A stretch of DNA of 28,819 nucleotides from an uncultured Gammaproteobacteria bacterium. GTDB taxonomy: Bacteria; Patescibacteriota; Patescibacteriia; Magasanikbacterales; UBA922. The notes under the pieces are model-generated. The model saw nothing but the letters and a program-made list of their open reading frames with translations. It did not search any database and was not told the origin of the DNA. The stretch spans positions 1 through 28,819 of the forward strand of contig CAYNXQ010000001.1 of the NCBI GenBank assembly GCA_964401185.1, given 5' to 3'. Made by a program: the position numbers and the translations under genes. Below, in pieces: positions 22,482 through 28,819 of the stretch; position 1 is the first letter of the stretch; each line of letters opens with the position of its first letter.

Positions 22482-24686
22482 GTGAGCGTTTTTATGTTGC
22501 GACACCCCTCGCTTGAACGCGTACTCGAAGTCGGATTGCCCGTGCTCCTCGGCACGACCCCGCTCGTTTTTGGAACGCAATGGTTTTATCCATTCGTGAC
22601 CTATCGCACATATTTATTTTTGATTGCAAGCGCAGGACTGTTTTTTGTTTTTTTGCTGCAATACGGGTTTTCTTGGCGATCAATTTTCCGCAATCCAATC
22701 GTTCGCTTTCTTTCTTTTTTTCTCGGGATCAAAGCGCTCACCGATGTGCTTGGGTTGAATTTTTCTGTCAGCTTTTGGGGAAATTATGAGCGCATGATGG
22801 GATTATTTGTCTGGCTGCATCTGTTTGTTTTCTTCCTCATGTTGGTGGTTGTTTATCGCGAGAAAGCAAAGAAGTATCGAGAAATAGTTGCAGCGCTCGC
22901 CGCTAGTGGAGGAGCAGTATCGCTGTATGGCATTTTGCAGAAATTTCAGGTTGCCTTTCGCATTCGCACTGTCGATGAACGATTATTTTCGACCATTGGC
23001 AACCCAGCATTTTTGGCTGGGTTTCTGTTGTTTGCAATTTTCTTCAGCATCTATTTGGTTGCTACCGAAAAAGAACGTGCGAGAAAAATTTTCTGGTGTT
23101 TTGTCCTCGCACTCAATCTGGTTGCGCTGTATCTCACTGCCACGCGTGGCGCCCTTGTTGGATTGGGGATTGGCTTGGTCGCATTGCTCGTAGCTGGAAT
23201 TTTTTTCCTTCCGCCATCGCTCCAGACGTATCAAAAAAAGATTCGGATTGGTGTTGGGGTTACTTTTGGCATCGTTTTGGCGCTGGCCGCAAGCTTGATC
23301 TTCTTTCGTGAGTCTGGATTTGTCCAAAACAATCTCACCCTGCGCCGCCTGACGAACATTTCTCTGGCTGACTACGACACGCGTTCGCGCCTTCTTTTGT
23401 GGCAGATTGGCTGGACTGCTGGCAGGGAACATTTTATGCTTGGTACTGGTGAGAATACGATTTTTGCTTTGGTCGATCGCCATTTTGATCCGGCGCTGGC
23501 CGAGGCTTGGTTCGACAGCAGTCACAACATGATTTTGGATATTTTCTTGGCACATGGCGTGGTTGGAGTTTTATCGTATGTGGTCCTCTTTGGTACCATG
23601 CTCTATCAATTTTTTCTCGCGAGGAAAACCGATGCCTGGGCAGCGCTCCTGGGCAGCGCGTCACTGGTTGCTTATTTGGTTCAGAGTTTTTTTATTTTTG
23701 ACACACTCGTCGTGCTGTTGCCGCTACTCATCACCATGGCTTGGCCGGTCGTGTTGTCTTCTGCTACAGAATCGGTCCAAGAAAAAAATTCTGATCGCAC
23801 GCCTTGGCTTCCGGCTGGAGTTGCCGGTATCGTCGTTTGCGTGCTCTGGATGTTCGAGGCGCGATCAGCGACAGCGTTGTCACTGGCCAGTGATGCAGCG
23901 CATCTCGTGAGCCATGGTGGCGATACCGCCAAGGCAGCAGCCGAGTTTGGTCAGAGTTTTGATCGCGCATATTTTGGTTTTGATAGTCTGGCGAGTATTG
24001 TCCGTGATTCTACCGATGCGGTTCTTCTTCATCCGGCACAGTACCCGGCGAACACCGCTGGAGCGTTCCTTGGTGCCATGAGACATGCCTATGATTTGGC
24101 AGCTGCGCATGGCCTTGCGACTTCGCAAACCTGGTCTGATCCAGCCAAAATTTATCTGGATATTCCGGGGAAGAATAATCCCTATCTGGCCGAAGCCATT
24201 ACCCGATTGGACCGAGCGATTGCGCTTTCTCCACAGCGCATTGATGTGTATTACGCCGAAGCACAGGCTCTGTATCAGATGGGCAAAAACAATGATGCCG
24301 CGCATTTATTCCAAAATCTTTTGATACAATTTCCCGGCGAACGGCAGAATATTTTTTATCGCCTGCTCACGCTCCAGTCGACGACAGCTCCGAGAGAAGC
24401 TGTGATAGCGACACTTGATCAGGCAGAGGCATCAGGTAAGGTAACAGATACGATTTACGATATGATTGTCCAGAATTTTGTGCAGCGCAAGGAATGGGCT
24501 GGCGCGCGAGATGTGCTCGGTAAAGAAGTGAAAGCGTATGGCGAAACGGCGCGCGCATTGTCCAACTTGGCTCAAGTGTACAAGGCAATGGGCGACAAGG
24601 CTGATGCCAGGGCAACAGCCGAACGCCTGCGAACGCTTGATCCCGCGCTTGCGCCTCAAGTATCCGCTTTTATTGATTCTTTATAG
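22482..24686 (+). CDS. O-antigen ligase (Wzy_C) family protein with C-terminal TPR-like region (734 aa)
   Basis: SFWGNYERMMGL, RLFSTIGNPAFLAG, LTATRGALVG, RSRLLLW, FDSSHNMILD; TPR-like C-terminus. GTG start, or ATG 22494. Confidence 0.88.
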   Translation: MSVFMLRHPSLERVLEVGLPVLLGTTPLVFGTQWFYPFVTYRTYLFLIASAGLFFVFLLQYGFSWRSIFRNPIVRFLSFFLGIKALTDVLGLNFSVSFWGNYERMMGLFVWLHLFVFFLMLVVVYREKAKKYREIVAALAASGGAVSLYGILQKFQVAFRIRTVDERLFSTIGNPAFLAGFLLFAIFFSIYLVATEKERARKIFWCFVLALNLVALYLTATRGALVGLGIGLVALLVAGIFFLPPSLQTYQKKIRIGVGVTFGIVLALAASLIFFRESGFVQNNLTLRRLTNISLADYDTRSRLLLWQIGWTAGREHFMLGTGENTIFALVDRHFDPALAEAWFDSSHNMILDIFLAHGVVGVLSYVVLFGTMLYQFFLARKTDAWAALLGSASLVAYLVQSFFIFDTLVVLLPLLITMAWPVVLSSATESVQEKNSDRTPWLPAGVAGIVVCVLWMFEARSATALSLASDAAHLVSHGGDTAKAAAEFGQSFDRAYFGFDSLASIVRDSTDAVLLHPAQYPANTAGAFLGAMRHAYDLAAAHGLATSQTWSDPAKIYLDIPGKNNPYLAEAITRLDRAIALSPQRIDVYYAEAQALYQMGKNNDAAHLFQNLLIQFPGERQNIFYRLLTLQSTTAPREAVIATLDQAEASGKVTDTIYDMIVQNFVQRKEWAGARDVLGKEVKAYGETARALSNLAQVYKAMGDKADARATAERLRTLDPALAPQVSAFIDSL

Positions 24687-24729
24687 ACGTTCTGGTATCC
24701 TTGGGGATATTATCTTTCCTTTGTTTTCT

Positions 24730-26763
24730 ATGAGAAAAAAGATCGAATTGGCTGTCAAGATTTTGGTCGGGCTCAGTTTCCTCGTGCCGCTCGTCCTCAT
24801 TTCTTCGCGATTTATTTTCCCATTTATCGTGCCAAAGATATTAATTTTCCGCACGCTCGTTCTTCTGATGCTTGGCGGGTATATCATTCTTCTGGCCAGC
24901 AATTGGGAGACGTACAAGATTCAAATAACCCCGATCACATGGGCGATTGGATTGTTTTTCTTAAGCTTTACCATCTCCACATTTGTCGGCAAGGATTGGT
25001 ACCACAGTTTCTGGGACAATCACGAGCGCATGCTTGGGCTCTTCACCCTGGTTCACTACGGCCTCTATTATCTGGTGGCCACGACCGTGATTCGCGAATG
25101 GCGCGATTGGCGTTGGCTTATGCGTGCGTTTCTGTTCGCCGGCACGATCTGCATGTTCATTGGGCTCTTGCAGGAATTCAATCCAACCTTACTTTTGAAT
25201 AGCAGCGGATCGCGCGTGGCCTCGACGCTCGGTAATCCGATTTACGTTGGCGGATATGGATTGTTTTTGTCATTTCTCGGCTGGCTTCTCTACATGAAAG
25301 AAGAGAAAAAGTGGTGGAAGGTGTATGGTATTGTCGGCGGGTTGTGGGGAGTCGCTGGAATTTTTATGAGCGGCACGCGCGGCTCGCTCTTGGGCTTTAT
25401 CGCCGGGATTGTGGTTCTTTGCATTTGCTATGCATTTGGTCAAAAGGGACATGCGACTGCCCGGCGTTCGATCATCATTGTTCTGTCTGCGCTCGTTATA
25501 TTGTCTGGTTTTATTTATGTTTTTCGCCATACGAATTTTGTACAGAATCTGCCGACGATTGGAAGCTTGGTCAATACCAGCTTGACTGGTGGCGATGCAA
25601 GTACGCGTCTCATGGCCTGGGGTGTGGCCTTTGACGCGTGGAAAGAACACATGATTTTCGGCTGGGGCCCAAACAATTTTTTCTACGCCTTCAACAAGTA
25701 CTACCGTCCTGAATTTCTCGAGCATGGCTGGGCCGAAACTTGGTTTGACAATGCCCACAACATCATCATGAATACCTTGGCTGTGCAGGGCGCCTTTGGG
25801 CTTATCACCTATTTGGGCATGTTTACGACCGTGATTCTGATTCTCTGGCGGCGGCACCGCGAAGGAAAAGTGGATGTGCAAATTGCCAGCATTGGCACGG
25901 CGTTCCTGATTGCCCATTTGACCCAAAATGTATTTGTCTTCGAAGATCCGACATCGTATCTCTATTTCTTTTTCTTTCTGGCGTTCTTGGATCGAGCGGT
26001 GGTTGGGTTTGGTCCGAAAGCAGAAGAAAAGGCCGTTGGGGAACAATCAATTTCCTTGGGCTTTAGTGCGTTTGTCATGCTCTTGATCGGCATTTCTATT
26101 TTTGCGACCGACGTGAATCCGGCTCGAGCCAACATGTCGACCTTGGAACTCTTGCGCAGCCTCTACACCGGTGTGGATCCAGTTGGGGCATTCAATGCGA
26201 CCATGGCAATCCCCAGTCCGCATGTCGATGATATTCGCAATGATTTTGCTCGTACCGTCTTCTCGGTGTTGCCGCAGTATGTGCAGAGCAATCGCCAGGC
26301 TGATGCCAAACAGCTTTTGAATTTGGCGTACGATGAACTCCGCAAAAATCGCGCGCTTCATCCGGATGATATTCGCGTGCACCTCCAGCAGGCGCAGCTC
26401 GCAGAGCAAGGAGCTGTGTATCTTCAGCAGCCAGCTTTGATGCTTGATGCCGAACAGGCGCTTATAGATGCCTTGACCAAATCGCCCAAACGCCAGCAGC
26501 TGCAATACACGCTGGCATCGATCGAGTACGAACTCGGCCACAATGATCAGGCCATCGCTCTCCTAAAGCAAAGCATTGATAATGATCCAAAGATTGGCGA
26601 AGGCTGGTGGCGCTTGGCATACCTCTATCAATCGCTCCATCAGTTGCCGCAAGCGGTGGACGTTGTGCGACGAGCCAGACTGTCGGGCGCCGGGTTCGAT
26701 GACAACGCGCTCAAAATCATGAATGATATCCTTCCCTTAGCAACACCTGGTACAAAGAAGTAG
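24730..26763 (+). CDS. second O-antigen ligase (Wzy_C) + TPR protein, paralogue of the previous gene (677 aa)
   Basis: SFWDNHERMLGL, RVASTLGNPIYVGG, SGTRGSLLG, STRLMAW, FDNAHNIIMN; true start MRKKIEL at 24730. Confidence 0.88.
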   Translation: MRKKIELAVKILVGLSFLVPLVLISSRFIFPFIVPKILIFRTLVLLMLGGYIILLASNWETYKIQITPITWAIGLFFLSFTISTFVGKDWYHSFWDNHERMLGLFTLVHYGLYYLVATTVIREWRDWRWLMRAFLFAGTICMFIGLLQEFNPTLLLNSSGSRVASTLGNPIYVGGYGLFLSFLGWLLYMKEEKKWWKVYGIVGGLWGVAGIFMSGTRGSLLGFIAGIVVLCICYAFGQKGHATARRSIIIVLSALVILSGFIYVFRHTNFVQNLPTIGSLVNTSLTGGDASTRLMAWGVAFDAWKEHMIFGWGPNNFFYAFNKYYRPEFLEHGWAETWFDNAHNIIMNTLAVQGAFGLITYLGMFTTVILILWRRHREGKVDVQIASIGTAFLIAHLTQNVFVFEDPTSYLYFFFFLAFLDRAVVGFGPKAEEKAVGEQSISLGFSAFVMLLIGISIFATDVNPARANMSTLELLRSLYTGVDPVGAFNATMAIPSPHVDDIRNDFARTVFSVLPQYVQSNRQADAKQLLNLAYDELRKNRALHPDDIRVHLQQAQLAEQGAVYLQQPALMLDAEQALIDALTKSPKRQQLQYTLASIEYELGHNDQAIALLKQSIDNDPKIGEGWWRLAYLYQSLHQLPQAVDVVRRARLSGAGFDDNALKIMNDILPLATPGTKK

Positions 26764-27916
26764 TTTGTCTGATCATCTCTTCGACTGTGTATCGAAAAGC
26801 TGATGCCTCCCGAGCTACTCCAACGGTTCGGTTTTGGTATGCGTAGACAATCAGTTTGCCCAGGTCATTCCAGGGTACGTCTATTCCCGCCACGATGGCT
26901 TTTGGATTGGAGCGAAGATGCGAAGGGATACCGCCAACTGCCGCGGCAACAATCGGGAGTTCGGCGCGTTCGGCTTCCAAAATGGTGTAGGGGAGCCCTT
27001 CTTTGCGACTGGGCAAGACAAACAAATCGAAGGCTGGCAGGTACTGCGCGGCGTTGTCAACAAAGCCTGCCAGAGTAACCACTGATTCAAGTTCATTTTT
27101 TTTGATCAAGGCAACGAGCGCTGATCGTTCTGGTCCATCGCCAAAAATAACGGCCCGCAGATTGGGAATGTCTTTTTTTATAGCAGCCAATTCTTTGAAT
27201 AGAATATCGAGCCCTTTGGTTTTGTAAAAGTTGGCAATCGTGACCAGAGTGTATTGGTTGTCACGAAGTATAACCATGCAGTCTTTTGCCAAAGCGGCTC
27301 GCGCCTCCAGACGCGACAAGATTGATTCGCGCGTATCAATCCCAAGCTGGGTCACTATGAGTTTTTCTTCAGGAATCCCAATGCTTGTTCCCACTTGTTT
27401 GTCTTCTTCAGAAAGCACAATTATTCGATCTTTCCATCGAGCAGTGGATGTTTCCAGTGCGCGATACAGCCAAGCGGTCAAACGGGGGAGCGGCTCATTG
27501 AACACCCAGCCATGAGCGGTGTAGACGAGATAAATATTTTTCAAACTGCGGGCCTGCCTGCGCAGGCGGGCCGCAAAACTTCCGATAATTCCGGCCTTGC
27601 TGCTGTTCAAATGCACAATATCAGGTGCTACTTCTTGGTAGAGTTTGCGGAGTTCTGCTACAGCCAAGAGATCGTGTATGGGGGAGATAGAGCGCACGAG
27701 GTGTTTCAATTGTTTTATTTCAATGCCGGCCGCGGTGAGTTTTTTTTGCAAATCAGGCGGGCCATGGGGCTCGCCAATCGCGACGGTGATATCAAATGCA
27801 TCTTTCAGACCAGTGGCCAAATCAAAAACATAGCGCTGCGCCCCGCCCCATGGCCCGCCTTGAGTAATCACAAAGAGAATTTTCTTTCCTGCGTGCGCAG
27901 GCGTGCTGTCTGGCAT
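26717..27916 (-). CDS. glycosyltransferase family 4 (399 aa)
   Basis: KKILFVITQG..WGGAQRYVFDLA, PDIVHLNSSKAG, YTAHGW, LPSRKEGLPYTILEA; start MPDST at 27916. Overlaps the convergent ligase gene by 47 nt. Confidence 0.92.
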   Translation of the reverse strand: MPDSTPAHAGKKILFVITQGGPWGGAQRYVFDLATGLKDAFDITVAIGEPHGPPDLQKKLTAAGIEIKQLKHLVRSISPIHDLLAVAELRKLYQEVAPDIVHLNSSKAGIIGSFAARLRRQARSLKNIYLVYTAHGWVFNEPLPRLTAWLYRALETSTARWKDRIIVLSEEDKQVGTSIGIPEEKLIVTQLGIDTRESILSRLEARAALAKDCMVILRDNQYTLVTIANFYKTKGLDILFKELAAIKKDIPNLRAVIFGDGPERSALVALIKKNELESVVTLAGFVDNAAQYLPAFDLFVLPSRKEGLPYTILEAERAELPIVAAAVGGIPSHLRSNPKAIVAGIDVPWNDLGKLIVYAYQNRTVGVAREASAFRYTVEEMIRQTTSLYQVLLREGYHS

Positions 27917-27970
27917 ATCGTGCGTAATTGCGGTAGTATAAGAGAAAAACGTCCCAAAATCAAGCCCGCT

Positions 27971-28819
27971 ATGAAACTCAAAAAAAACACCTGGATTCTT
28001 ATTTTTGTATTCGCCATCGGGCTCTTTTTCCGCCTCTATCAGGTAACGGTCCATGATTCGTATACCGACGAGGCGATTTTGGCATTTCGCGCGGTTGGCA
28101 TGGTAGATTACGATGCGTCGCAATCCCAGACCAGCGTGTGGCAATGGTTCCCAAAGCTGGCCTGGTGGATGCATCTGTCTTTCTCGGATCATCCGCTGGG
28201 ATTTTTCTTCCTCCAGCATCTTACTATGGGGCTGTTTGGCGAGAATTTGTTCGGTGTGCGTCTGCCTGCGATTCTCTCGGGCATGGCCGCAATGTGGCTT
28301 GTCTATCTGTTGGCGAAAAAATGCTGGGACCAAGAAACGGGGATTGCGGCCGTGGCGATTATGGCGGTCAATTCGTATAGTTTGTGGGCGTCGCGCCTGG
28401 GGATCCAAGATGGAGTCGTGACCGCAATCATGTTGCTCTGTCTCTGGTGTTTGTTCAAAACAAAAGAAGACAAACGGTATTGGTTGGTTCTCGGCGTGGT
28501 GTTTGGTTTGGGAATTATTACCAAATACACGATTTTGATTGTGATCCCGATCACGCTTTTGTATCTCACGGTGTATCGCTTGCCGCTGTGGCGAGAAGTC
28601 TGGGCCTGGTACGGCGTGGCGGCAGTGATCGTGTGTTCGTCTCCGAGCTGGCTGTACAATGTGTTTCTCTATCGCGCCACAGGACATTTTGATTTTCAGA
28701 TTTCGGCTGCGCTACACGAGAATGTTCCGCAATGGTCATTCCGTCTGGGTCGAGAAGAAGTGGGCGGTTTGATGAGTCGCTTCTCCAATTTTTTTCTGGC
28801 GCTCCACTATGCTTTGAGC
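27971..28819 (+). CDS. ArnT/PMT-like (GT-C) membrane glycosyltransferase, runs off the window end
   Basis: Manual translation: MKLKKNTWILIFVFAIGLFFRLYQV...YTDEA...DHPLGFFFLQHL..GLFGENLFGVRLPAILSG. Absent from the ORF track because there is no stop in the window. Confidence 0.85.
   Translation, partial: MKLKKNTWILIFVFAIGLFFRLYQVTVHDSYTDEAILAFRAVGMVDYDASQSQTSVWQWFPKLAWWMHLSFSDHPLGFFFLQHLTMGLFGENLFGVRLPAILSGMAAMWLVYLLAKKCWDQETGIAAVAIMAVNSYSLWASRLGIQDGVVTAIMLLCLWCLFKTKEDKRYWLVLGVVFGLGIITKYTILIVIPITLLYLTVYRLPLWREVWAWYGVAAVIVCSSPSWLYNVFLYRATGHFDFQISAALHENVPQWSFRLGREEVGGLMSRFSNFFLALHYALS

Noticed and set aside
27917-28687. 257-aa N-terminal extension of the GT4 ORF in the track
   Set aside because: Antisense to the ArnT/PMT-like gene; GT4 homology starts at MPDST (27916).

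Overview
A 28.8-kb chromosomal window using the standard genetic code. It is most likely from a Patescibacteria/CPR (Parcubacteria-like) bacterium; this is an inference from the SD-less short leaders, the ECF + DUF5667 pair and a CPR-type giant surface protein. Left: the start of a TctC/Bug-like gene cut by the window edge, a candidate ~93-nt sRNA with its own promoter and terminator, infC-rpmI-rplT, a GIY-YIG nuclease, smpB-ssrA (tmRNA), two membrane proteins, a catalytically dead HtrA-like protein and a Wzz/CapA-like protein. Middle (6161-11042): a GC-rich, SD-led four-gene block that looks foreign to a monoderm. It encodes a TM protein with a possible PilZ-like N-terminus, an 8-strand outer-membrane-type beta-barrel ending in Phe, and two Cys-rich lipoproteins with D-[SAT]-G repeats of the myxobacterial style. 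Right: a cell-surface/glycosylation region with three Wzy_C ligase/OTase-like genes, three GT4s, an ArnT/PMT-like GT, an HTH_17 regulator, an ECF sigma with DUF5667 partner, a TPR protein and a 1259-aa S-layer-like protein behind a ~320-nt structured intergenic region. No CRISPR array, rRNA, true tRNA, integrase or transposase was seen.
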